This document shows positions 48,592 to 60,587 of a stretch of 64,000 nucleotides of DNA, piece by piece. The position numbers and the translations under genes are program-made. Source of the stretch: Vitrella brassicaformis CCMP3155 (taxonomy: Eukaryota > Protista > Chromerida); the NCBI GenBank assembly GCA_001179505.1, contig CDMY01000318.1:59215-123214 (forward strand). The letters are read 5' to 3'. The notes below the pieces were generated by a model. The model was given only the letters and a program-made list of their open reading frames with translations, did not search any database and was not told the origin of the DNA. Numbering within the stretch: the first letter of the stretch is position 1; the number at the start of each line of letters is the position of its first letter.

Positions 48592-49274
48592 TGCGCACAG
48601 GTATCTGGGTTACATTGACCTGTATGGGACGACCTTCCCGGAGGACTACATTGCATCAGGTCAGTGACGGAATGAGTCCATCCATCCATCCATCCATCCG
48701 CGCTTTGGTAAGTGCCTATCCTATGCGTGTGTGTGTGTGTGTGCCGGGCTGCAGGGTTCGGCAGTTATCTGGCCATCCCGCTGCTGCGCAAGGAGTACCG
48801 ACCAGACATGACCGAGGAGTGAGTGAGGACAGAAGCCATACACACACTTGCAGACAGACAGTCCACACACTGTGTGTGGACATCTGGTGTGTGTGCAGTG
48901 AGGCCAAGGCGCTGCTGCAGAAGTGCTTCATGGCCCTCTTCTACAGAGACTGCACCGGACTCTCTACCGTAAGTCAATCAACACTGGCACCAGCCACCGA
49001 CCACCTCGTCATCTCATGCGGCTGTTTCTTCCGCCTGTCAGGTGCAATATGCTGTGGCGACATCCGCGGGCATCCGGCTGAGCGACGTCTCCACACTCAC
49101 ACACAAATGGTGCGGGGCGGTGCGCTGACCAGCGGCCATGGTTCAACAGGTCCCTTGTCATGTCACCCTCTGTTGCTTTTCCCTGTGTTGTTCCGTCCTT
49201 GCATGTCTCTCAGGGACTACAAGCTGTGGCTGACGCCCACCTCGCAGCTGCCCGTGTCCGCGTCTTCCTGGTGA
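47712..49274 (+). CDS. PSMB4: Proteasome subunit beta type-4 (beta-7)
   Basis: HTTRPITTSSTVIGLKFNGGTIVMSDT, YGNMLRF, GEYSDFQYL, QRSRLDPYWNQMIMAG, YLGYIDLYGTTF, GFGSYLAIPLLR and LFYRDC, spread over GT-AG exons. Confidence 0.95.
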
Positions 49275-49739
49275 TCAAAATGGATGGCTGGATGGCTGGA
49301 TGGATGGATGGATGGATCAGCGGCGGGGAGGGCAGGGGAGGGGCAGCCGCTGTTTTGGCCTTTGATGAAGGACAAGAGGAGAGCCAGACTCGTTAAGTGT
49401 GACATACATACACTGATATCAGTTGAGCGTGCGTGTGCAGTGAATGCGACGAGAGGTTCTCTCGTCGTCAGACGTGTGCGGCTGGTGTGTGTTGGGGGAT
49501 CGCCTCTCCCCCAACACACTCCAGCCACAGCCGTATGATGACGAGAGAATCTCGAGCGATATCTAGCATACATACGTTCATTCACCACAAGGTATCCCTT
49601 TACCAGCCGACTGCACTGCACCGCGCCGCGCAACACAGCACAACACAACTCAACACTGCACGGGACACCGTGCCATGGTATTATCGTATCTACACTCACT
49701 TCCGAAAGTGCAAGAAGCAACGCACACAGTCACGTGCTT

Positions 49740-52700
49740 CTAGTCGTCATCGACATCGATGCACAGCGGTGTGCCGTCATCGGTCCTGAGCGGCCGGAAG
49801 AAGTCCTCGTTGAAGGCCTCCGCCTGACGCCGCGTCTGGACTATCAACACCCGCTGCTGACCACCCACACCCACACCCACACCCACACCCCTCCCTCTGT
49901 TTGCCCTTCGCTGGTGCCTCCCTCCCCCTTCCACAGCCGATGCCTCTCCACCACCAGGATCACCGTGGTTGTCAGGGGCCTGATCGGCAGCAGCAGCAGC
50001 AGCAGCAGCAGACGGCAGGGACCCCTCGTTGTGCCGCTGATCATCGTCTGCCTTCTTGTGTCGCTTGGGGGAGGGGGCGGGCGGGTCGCCTTCGTCTTCG
50101 GGGGCCTCGCCGCGCTGCTCTTCCTCCGCCATCTCCCCCTCCGCCTCCGCCTCCATCCGCTCGTCAGCGGCGCATGGCTGGTCTGAAGGAATGGGGGCCT
50201 CGGGCTGCTTCTTGAAGCGGTCGAAAAAGTTGTTGATGCGGCCTGAAGGATGTCCAGACACGTGCACATGGTGGGAGAAGCGTGACGCCTCTTGTGTTAA
50301 CTTACCATTTGGCTTGCGCCTTGACCCGTGTTTCTTGACTATCTGTTGCGCCTCGTCCTTGGCAGCCACGCTGCGCTTCACCTTGCCCAACTTCGACCTG
50401 GCCAACCAGCAGCCGATGAGACGGCAGATGAGTGCCGTGCAGAAAGCCCGTGTGCTTGTGCTTGTGCGTGCAAGAAAAGGCGCGTACATGGCGGCTTTGG
50501 TGGCCTCTTTGTGGTCTACGATGGGCGAGGGGTAGTCGCTGTCGATCACGCAGCCACACTGCACCACATGCACCAGCCCGCCACACCGCTTTGCGTGCAC
50601 GCGGCTCTCTCTGTGTGTGTACCTGCTCCTGGACGACCTTGGGCATCTTCCATGGCTCATAGATGTGCCGCTGCGGCACATTGGCGAGCTCCGGCACATA
50701 CTTGCGCACCTATAGGCAGAGCAAGACACACACACACATGGCCGTGCATCCCCCCGTCCACCCATCGCAGTGCATTCGTCGAGGAGGCCTTACGAAAGTG
50801 CCGTCCTTGTCATGGTCCTGCGCCTGCTTGACGGGCGAGTACACGCGAAACGTGTTGATGCCCGTGGTGCCGCTGCACATGCATGCACAAGAAAACAACA
50901 CACGTCACACGTCACACAGAGGGATGCACCGTGTGACAGAGGTCCTTGCCCACCTCTGCATCTGGAACTGTGAGTAGTGGATGCCCGGCTCGAAGTCGAG
51001 GAACAGCCTGGCCAGAAACACCGCCGGCCGCCGCCAGTGCAGGAACAGATCGTAGGCCGCGAAGGACACCAACATGGCGCGCATCCTGACCATTCAACGC
51101 AACAGAGAGGGAGAGGGAGGTGGCATTGGTGTGTCGGTGTGGGTGTGGATGTGGACCTGAAGTTGATCCAGCCGCCTTGGTGCAGGCACCTCATGCAGGC
51201 GTCCACCATGGGGTAGCCCGTCCGCCCCTCGCACCAGGCGGCGAAGCTGGCCTCGTCAAACTCCCCCTCACGCACACCGTCATACGCTCGACACATGTTG
51301 CCTGCCGGATGAGACACAGAGCACCACAAGTCGTTCCCGTATGTGTGTGGCATATGTGTGGTCGCCTCACTGTGTTCGATTTCTGGCTCGTCCTCCATCT
51401 TCTGAATGAAGTGCGAACGCCACTGTCGCAGACACCGACACAGACACACACACACACACAAGGAGAGACCCAGGAAAGGTGACGACTCACGTGTGACTGG
51501 GCTTGTCAGTGGTGCACGTACGTGGAGGCGCTGCCTGAAGGCCGACAGCGATGACCCCCAACGGCTGTCGAACGGGTCAACATCCGGCCCGCTGCATGAT
51601 GAGCCCCCTCCTCCTCCCTCTGATGCTGCTGACGATGCCGGTGCTGCTGCTGCGAAGGGTGGAGCGACCTTCTTGCCGTCTTTCTTGCTGTCCGCTGCCC
51701 GGCGGGCCTTGACCTGGTGAATGAATGTATGAATCGATCAAGCCAACATGAGGGCAGAGCGTGGATTCTTGTGCGTGCGTGTATGTCTGGCTTACTGCAT
51801 CTATGCGCTTCTTGGTACGGGAGAGGACGGTCCGCAGCGATATGCAGCCCCACGTCAGGTAGGGGCTCAGCCTACCCACCCAAAGAGAGAGAGGCATGCT
51901 TCGTGTCCGCTGATCAGCCAGCAGTCAAGACATCCATGTGTGTGTCTGTTCTCACCGAGAGCATCCGTCCCATCCCGTCACAGGTGAGCTAAGGTCTTTC
52001 GCGTAGTTGACGCCGCGACGAAACAGAAAACTCTCTGCACAAACCAGCCAGGCACCACGTCAGCGTGTGTGGGTAAATCTATACGTCCCGACATCCCTAC
52101 CCAGCTCGGCGAGTGCGAGGGTCTCTCCGCCAACTTTCTTCTCAGTGAAAGTGCACTCAGGAAGGCCCAGGTCACTGAGGGAGGGGAACACACCCGTGGG
52201 CTGCCATTGGGGGTCATCGATCTCCACAGCCGAGAGGCGGGCGGGCGGGGGGACTGGTGGAGCTGACCAACAGACACAAACGCGTGGACGTGGAAAACGA
52301 TGTGCCATCGCAGCTCTACCGTTCATGTGTTTGTCGAAGAGCTTCTTGCGATCGTCGCGGCTACTCAGGTCGGGAATCACTCCAGTCTGGACACAGCAGA
52401 TGATGCACATTTGCTGACGTGCGCCCTTTCTGATTCGGTACGTGCCGTTGGTGGGCTGACCTGCTGGAACTCGTGCCATCTGATGTTATTGCGTCCACAC
52501 CACTCCCTCACTGCCGTGTTGCGAGCCCGTTGTGTCGCCACCGGGGTCTCATGGTGCGACAAAAGCCGGAATCTTCCCACCTTCGCCAGCACCTCCCCCA
52601 GCACGTCAGTGGCTTTGCCCACTCGAGTGTGCACACCCACACCGTACTGCTGCATGAGGCGCCCGTGGAGGTCCTGCAGACTCTTGTTGATAAAGAGCAG

Positions 52701-53160
52701 ATGGGCGGGGTGGAACTCCTCAGCTTCAATCACCTGGCAGACACGCACAGTGGATGTGTCAGATCATTATACTCCTTGAGTGCATCAGTGTTAATGATAA
52801 TCAAGCCATCAAGAAGCATCTTCTCTCTGACGTGCGCTATCGCATGAGCCACTTCATGCAGGTCACTCGACGAGCGAGCGAGTGCCAGGCTTATGGTCAT
52901 GCAGATCACATGCTCTCCCTCCCTGATGATATGATCTCACCTCGGGCTCATAGACGTACAGCACCAACACTCTGTGGTTGCTCAGACCAGCATGGTGAAG
53001 CGGCAGGTGGTCCGCCAACCTGACAGCACACAACACACCTCGGATGATGATGATGCGTCGCCATCTGGTTGGTTGTGTGTTGTGATGTCCTTCTTCACCT
53101 GAAGTCCCGTTTGAGCCAGATCACATCCTGCGTCACGTCGTTGGACGCACCGCTGGCCAT
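49740..53160 (-). CDS. Cryptochrome/DNA photolyase family flavoprotein with charged C-terminal extension
   Basis: [16 protein letters not shown]...[64 protein letters not shown]...[14 protein letters not shown]...[33 protein letters not shown]...[14 protein letters not shown]. Confidence 0.93.
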
Positions 53161-53393
53161 CTTCCCTCAAGTCTTCCTAAGAATCAATGCGATAGTATCA
53201 TCCACTGCTGCGGAAAGGTTTTACGGAATGTGGTGACTCCGAGAGGGAGATGATCATTTGCAGTGAGCGGTGAGATCTCCCTCCACTATGCGCTCACTCA
53301 CTACACAGCGGATCAGCAGCAGCGGCCGTCAAGCATCACCTTTATTGTCACGGCTCTCCTCCCGAAATCGTCCGCATCCGAGTAGAGGCAGGC

Positions 53394-55001
53394 ATGAGAC
53401 CGCCCACGTTCGTCAGCGTCGCTCCTCCTGCCCCGGCTGATCCCCAAGACGTCCTCAGACAATCAGCTTCTGAATTGGATGTCACTGAAGGAGATCGCGA
53501 GGGCGGCGCTCGGCTCTCAGATATCCCCACCACCCTCTCGACATCGGTCTGCACCCCTGCAGTGGACTGCCGGGCTCCGCTTGGCGACGGGGATGCTTCG
53601 GCTGAGGAGGGTGATCTGTGGGGCTTTCTGGTGCTGCGGATTGGCTGTGTGACCTTATGGCTGACGGACTACCCTCTGAGGCATTTTCTCCTCGTCATCG
53701 GCCTTGTCCTGATCTACGAACTCTGGTGGTGGAGTGGCATCATCTACCTACTTTTCGATCCAGATCTGTTGCTTTTGCCTATCCTTAAGCACGGTGACGG
53801 TTGCTTTTTGCTCAATCCCACCCGATCTAGTCATTACTTGCTTAGTCTCATAGTGGCCCCGCCGTCTGTGATGGTCCTCGTTGGATTGGGAAGTCTGTGC
53901 GCGCCGCCTTTTCGGTGGGGTATCCGATGGTTCATCTATTTCTCTATCGTTCTGACCATCGTCGCATCCGGGAGCTTGTTCTCGACTGCGCTTTATCTGT
54001 CGGTGAAACCCGATCCCTTCGACCTGCGGTTAGGGACACTGGTGTGGGTGGCTGTTGCAGTCTCTCTGCAGTTCGCCGTCTTTACTGTCATCTCGGAGCC
54101 ACGCGCCATCCGTGCATCGACCAAACCGACGGGTGGAAGGGATCTCGACGTCGATGACGACCGTCTCTCATGCTGCGGCCGCCGGGCAGACTGGACACCG
54201 TCGGCGACGGCCGAGCGTATAGCCAAGGCTCGGCAGACAGAGCCCTTCCTCTACCGGTCGGTGACCAAGCGGTGGCTCAAGCGGGTGGACCTTCTCACCT
54301 TCACTCGTCTCTACAAACTTCTGGCCGTCGTGGGGATGGCCGTCGACTTCATTACTGATTGTGCCGTGGGGGCGGAATTGATGTTGTGCCGAACGCCGGT
54401 GTTCAGTGTATGGCGTCGTGCGATGTTTATTTGTGGCTCCGCCGAATTCCCGTGGGATGATCAGTGCCTGACTACTACGATGAGCCGTCTCCAAGAAGAA
54501 ACGCAAGGCTTAGAAAGAGAAGAGCGAGGCTATGTGGCTGTCGGCCTGGTCATCCTGGGTTTATCGGTAGCTGACCTTGTCTGACTATTTATTCACTATG
54601 CAATTCGTGGCTCTCCCTCACTAAGCCAACACATCTGGATTGCGGCCTTTGCCCTGCTGGAAGTGCCCATCTTGGTGCTGACAATCGTCTGGGCGCCGGA
54701 GGCTATCAATCCGATACTCGTCGTCGTGTCTGCCTTCTTCACTCTTGTGACAGTTCTATGTCGAGTCGGGTCGTTCGCATGGACCATTTATGTGCGGCGG
54801 AAGATCGGGACGGCCGCGAGCAATCCTCATGAGGTGAACGAAGAATCATGGGCGGGGAAAGAGAGTGAAGGCCAGAAAAGATGTCGTATGGCTTTGTGTG
54901 TTATGTCAGGGAGGGCCCCCCTTGGTCGTTTGACGGCACGCTCTTGGCCGCTTACGTATGTCTGGGGGAATTGTGGTATTTTCTCCTGGTGGATTGATTA
55001 G
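53394..55001 (+). CDS. Multipass membrane protein of unknown function, interrupted by one in-frame TGA (54582-54584)
   Basis: ORFs 53394..54584 and 54663..55001 are in the same frame, separated only by the TGA. Hydrophobic helices continue on both sides. May be a pseudogene. Confidence 0.6.
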
Positions 55002-55939
55002 ATTGACAAGTAGCTAGCTGGCTATCTATCTATTTTCCTCCCGGTCAATCGGACAGGGACGGAGGGAGGGACCCTATGTAACGATCGGTGGCTGTGTATA
55101 TATGTGCAGATGCATGTCAGTCAGTCACATGCTTGTTTGCGTTTTGCAGCGCATACAAAGGTGTGTAGTTTCATGCCTTTCGGTCGGCTGCTTTGTCTTG
55201 CCTTGATTGAGGCGCCCTTCCTTTTTTCATCGACGTGTCATGTATGTCTCTGAAGGTGACGTCGATGGTCGTCGGTCTGTGTTTCTTTTTTGACCGATGG
55301 CCGGGTGATCGAGTGGACGGATGTTGACGTGGTCTGTGTCTTGTTGGCAGCGATGTGATGGATGTCTGTTTAACGAATGGCCATCTCCCCATGTCTGCGT
55401 CTGTGTGTGGGGCAATGCATCCGGCCACCGATGTCCATTGCTCGGCTTTCTGTCTGTGTGTGTCGTAGGTGCGGGTGTGTATCATGTGTCCCCCCCAAGA
55501 CCCACTCGCACTCTGGCTGCACCCGTCGTGTGCTTGCCTCTCCCTCTTTATGTGTGCTGTGGGAGACTTTCCTAAGTCCTACAGACTTGAACATCAAGCG
55601 TTCATCTGTGTGCCAAACCGCACTTCCCATTCCCAATCCCCCACTAGGTATGTTCATTCAGTGGAAATGATGGCTCTCCTCCCGTCCGCCGCAGAAGGTC
55701 ATTTATTCATCTGTCATTTTATCAGTCCTCCCACACACACGCACACACACTGCGAGAGAGAATGTGTCTGTCGGGTACATTACATGAGTCAGCGCACGCA
55801 CATGACTCTGTACAGTCAGACACAGACGGCAGCCCATTCAGCGCCCCCACGGTATGTAGTCATATACACAGGCCCATCTATCACCCACGAGCACACGCGC
55901 AGTCAACGGCTAATACAGATCGATATCAGGACAAGATAC

Positions 55940-58555
55940 CTACGGCGGAACCGCACACTGCGCAGCAGCTGCTGCTGCTGCTCCGTTGCCCAGCTCCCCG
56001 CGGGCAGCACGCCACTCCACCGATCCCGTGGTTCGCCCAGGTAACACCGCAGCGCCGCTCTCGCCCTCCCTGGCCTGTAAAATGTGTGTGTTCACACCAA
56101 CGGACAGAGGGATGGATGGGCTGTGCAATTCTGTGTGTGGTGGTGTGCCTACCGTGGGATCTTTGAGGAAGTGCAGCAGCTGTTGTCTGTCGAGCCACCA
56201 GTGGTTGATGGCGGCTGCTCGCTCTGTAGTAGCTGGCAGGGCGGCCTGCTGCTGAATGGTGACGGTCTGCAGGAAGGTGTCGAGGTGCACCTCACTGCAG
56301 TAACCGCGATTGAGCTGACAGGGGCGACATAGACAGTGGACAGAAGACACATAGCTACATACAAGAATGGCTGGGTGCGTGGGCGGGTGGGTGTGGCTCA
56401 CCTGTTGGAAGTTCTGGGTGTATCTCGGCGTGACGTCGACGCATCCTTCCTCACTGACGGCGATGATGTAGGTCAGCTTCTTGCCCCAGCCCTTCTCGTA
56501 CAGCAACGGCCGGTCTGCACAGACAGACAGAGAGACAGACAGACCTTGACGCACAGACATCATGGGCAGGCTGTCTAAGTCTCGACGAAGAGATTGCTGA
56601 CCGACCTAGACAGTTTTCGCAGCAGTCTGCATGCACCCAGCGCTTCTCGGCATCGTCCCAAACCTCCACCCACACATGATCTGCACACACGCACACATGC
56701 GTCCATCTGTCCATCCACCCACTCATGTGGGTGCGTGTGTCGCATACAAAAAACGATTCACTGACCGGTGTAGTCATTGACGAGTCTGACGTGGTACCCC
56801 AGCGCCTTGACGATGAGCGTAAAGCAGTTGGCCCACTCGCCGCACCGCCCTTTCCGCCACGTCAGCAGCTTGACCGGATTGTTGTACCTTATAGACAGAC
56901 AAAGGAAACACGAGAAACACTCATCCATCTATCATTCCTGTCATCCCATCCATGTGTGTTGCCGTGACGTCACCTTGGGAATCGCGTAGTGTGGCCGCAT
57001 GTCAATGCCTGGCACTTGTGCAGCTCAGTCCTCCCCGCCCCGCCCTCCATCCTCTCAACAGCGGTCGGCTCGGTCGCACCAGCAGATGCCGTCTTGCCTC
57101 CGCAGCGCTCGCACGGCAGGGTGTTGACCCAGGAGAAGAAATCCTTCTTGAACCACTCCAGGAGAGCCTTGATCAACGCCAGCTGCTGGGAGAGCTCTGC
57201 GTGGGTGAGAAGGGGATATTTGGAGACTTTTGGACGATGGGAGGGATTTGCCTGGCTTCTCACCTTGGGCGAGTTCTTGCGCACGTTCCCTCAGTCGCGC
57301 CAGAGGAATGACACTCAATGCCTTGGGGAGGCGGACATCACAGCCACAAACGCAAACACATCCCCATCCACATCAACAGTCATGCACGCATCATCGGGCT
57401 GCCTGACGTACCGCCTGTTGGTTGTCCTTGTTGAGGTATTTGTTGACGAAGGACCGCAGGTCGCCTTGCACGCGCCGGTGCAGCTGTTCGGCGGGCTCGG
57501 ACACCATGAGTGTGCTCTTGGCCTTATCCCACTCTGGCCATTCGACACACAGGCGTGTGCATCCACCCACGCCACGCCACCCCACGCAGCCACTCACCTT
57601 CGAACATTCGACGCTCGATAAGCGCCTGCATGGTGGGAGAGACCTCTGCCGTCTCCTTGCAGCTCCTCTCAGCAAACAAACACGTACCATCGGCAGCACG
57701 CGCACACCCACACCGGAACGAAGGGGCGAATGGGTCTGGCTGTGGCGGGGGGGCGTCGGGTTGCGTCATGGCGAGCAGCTGGGAGCATGTGGTGCCGCAC
57801 GCCCAGCAGAGGATGGGGGAGGTGGGGGAGGGGGAGAGGCGGTACGCCCGCTGGAGGGTAGGGGTCTTGATGGTGATGCTCGAGCATGACTCCTGCCACA
57901 GGGAGGGGTCGAGTGGATCCGTCGGCGCCACGCACCCCTCCAGCGAGACGACCGCATTCTTATCACTCGTCTGGGCGCCAAAGCCAAGCTCGAGCAGCGA
58001 TGTCCTGCACACATTCACACCAGACAAAGGAACCACTCCATGACTGAGATCCGTGTGTGTCAATGGATTGACTGCCTCTCTGTGTGTGTCGCCGTACCGT
58101 TGCTTGAATGCGGGTAGGTCGACTGAGAGCGGTTCGCCAGTGATGGGATGCCGAAGCAAGAGAGGTTTGTCCAGTCCACTCGATAGACACGACTGCAGAC
58201 ACGCGCTGCAGAACCAGACAGACGGACAGGCGTCCTCTCCTTCGTTTCCACTCTTCCTTCTCTCCTTACGTCAGAGTCTCGAAGTCCTCCGACAGCTCAA
58301 TGGGCACAGAAACACACTCGCTCTCCGGCTCTCCCTCGCCCTCGGTGTATATGTTCGCCTCCACTGTGATCTCTTTGTGAACGACGTTGGAGGGCAGTTT
58401 CTCCTCCATCCCTGAAAGGCTGATTTTTTTCTTCGTACTGTGCGAATACGAAGGATAGATAGGATAGATAGATGGAGAGATAGCTACCTTTCCCTCTCCA
58501 AAGTTGCAGAAGCTCGCATGATTCTTTCTCCAAACTCCTGCCCCGCGTCACTCAT
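55940..58555 (-). CDS. PNG1: Peptide:N-glycanase (PNGase) with N-terminal extension
   Basis: [14 protein letters not shown], Zn-binding CERC...[18 protein letters not shown]...[20 protein letters not shown]...[27 protein letters not shown]...DVTPRY and [17 protein letters not shown]. Catalytic Cys-His-Asp present. Confidence 0.93.
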
Positions 58556-58948
58556 GGCCTTCATCGAGGCTTGTGATGAGCTCAGAGCGGCGCCAAAATC
58601 GCCGTAAAGGGCTCATTTGCCAATTGGATCGAGTGAGGATCGAATTGCCGGTTTTCTCGAACCTGGCAAATTCGTTTGGCGATTTTTTCATCTGAATCGC
58701 TTCCCAGGGAGACCACACACACACCCAGAGAAAGAAACGAGCGAAACGAAGGCCAGGAAGCAAATGCGAGCTTGAAGTTCAAGAGGCTTGAGAGGGGGAA
58801 GCGACCTCAGCACACTCCGAACCGCGGACACGTGAGACGAGCACACAGCACGAAGATCTGTATACGCGCGCGGGTTGTGGCTCCTTTTCGGCCTTCTCCG
58901 CTCCTCCATCTGTGCTGTACACTCGCCTCGGGCGAGTGAGTGCGGGCG

Positions 58949-60587
58949 ATGGGCAACACCGTCCCGCGGAAGACCACCGACGAGGCCTCGCCGTCCGTCC
59001 ACGGCCAGTGCCTTGACTTCATTCACCGCGACGACAGATACCAGCTCTACGACGAGGCCAAGGACATCGGCCGCCTCAGAACCGCAGCCCGCTTCGTCGG
59101 CAATGACCACTTCCCTGCCCAGACGCTCCGCAGCCGACTGAATTGGTCACTCCATCGCATTCGACTCGCCGATGGGACTCAACTGGACACCGTGATAGCC
59201 TTCGACCCGCAGTCGGTGACCGAGGCGCGGCTGCTGCTGGCGGCCATGTGGATGGTGGAGCAGCAGAGGTGGCAGGAGGTGGCTGAGGTGCTGCGGTGGG
59301 CCAGCCAGTGTGGCTGCTGCACGCTGCCCGTCAGCCTCACTGCGGCCGACATCAACAAACACGCCGACAAGACGGTGGGACTAACAGGGCGGGAGGGAGA
59401 AATGGCCCTCATTTGCTCATCCATGTGTGTATGTGTTGTCCTGCGTGTAGGCGTATGTGTCGCTTCCCCGTGTGTTGGCGCAGCTGATGGTGGTGGGGCG
59501 TCATGTGGACTTCGGTGACGGCAGCCGGCTGGAGCTGTTCCGCCATGGCCATGATGAGGTGCGGGCCATCAACGACCAGCCCGGCTTCCGGCTGGAGGTG
59601 GACCCGCCCCTCCCTGCCGGCCACCTGTACCGGCAGCACCGACTGCAGGATCACCCTCCTGTGCATAGCCGCATCTACTCGAGCCTCGGCTTCACCTATG
59701 CGTCGGCGTCGTCGTGCGCCAAGCGTTTGATCCTCGACCATTTCGTTCAGACTCGCCAGACCAATCTCAGATGGAGACTCCTCAACAGGTACCCACCGAT
59801 GGCACCAGTGGGTGAGAGGGGTGCGTGTCTGATTGTGTGTGCGTGTGTGGTGTTGTTGCTTTAGGTATGTTGGCGGCGGTCGTCTGCATGCCCTCCTCAA
59901 CCAGTCGCCCCACACACTGATGGACGGATGCACCACCACATTCAGCCAGGACGGTGATGAGCGATACCTGGTGCTCACCAACAGCAGCCACACCTTCGTC
60001 GTATGGATTCACATCAGCGACTATGGCAACAGCGGTCAGGTCGACAGACAGGCAGCTCTGCTAGTCACGTGCCACTAATGTTCTCTCCCTTGTGTGTCTG
60101 CAGTGTGGGTGAGTGTCCATACGACCGAGGCGCCTGTGTCTGGTGTGCATGTGGGTGGTGCCTTCAAGGGCCGCTTCCCCCAGACGACCGCCCTGGCTCG
60201 TGTGGTGCTGGAGGCTGTGGGGCCTTACGTGTTCGACGGACAGCAGCCGCCGCAGCAGCCACAGCAGCCGCCGCAGCAGGGGGGCGACGACGGTGACGAT
60301 GGTACGGACAGACAGAGGGAGGGAGGGAGAGAGAGAGGGAGGGACACACACAAGAATGGATGGATGGATGTGCCTTCTCTGTTTCTGCGGTGGTGTAGAT
60401 GAGGACGGCGGTGGTGAGAGTGAGGCTGATGACTATGACGACGATGACGGTGGGGAGAGAGCAATGCACACACACACACACACACACACACACGTGTGGA
60501 TGGATGGATGGATGGATGGATGGTGCAGATGGAGACGTTGATGATGGTAGCGATGACGATGACGATGATATGGATCCCAACGACTGA
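58949..60587 (+). CDS. Member of an expanded lineage-specific (Vitrella-type) hypothetical protein family
   Basis: MGN start, then LPRVLAQLMVVGRHVDFGDG...FRHG..EVRAINDQPGFRL...PPLPAGHLY...HPPVHSRI...YASASSCAKRLILDHF, which I recall as the repeated motif of a Vitrella family (not verified by search). Acidic tail exons. Confidence 0.65.
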
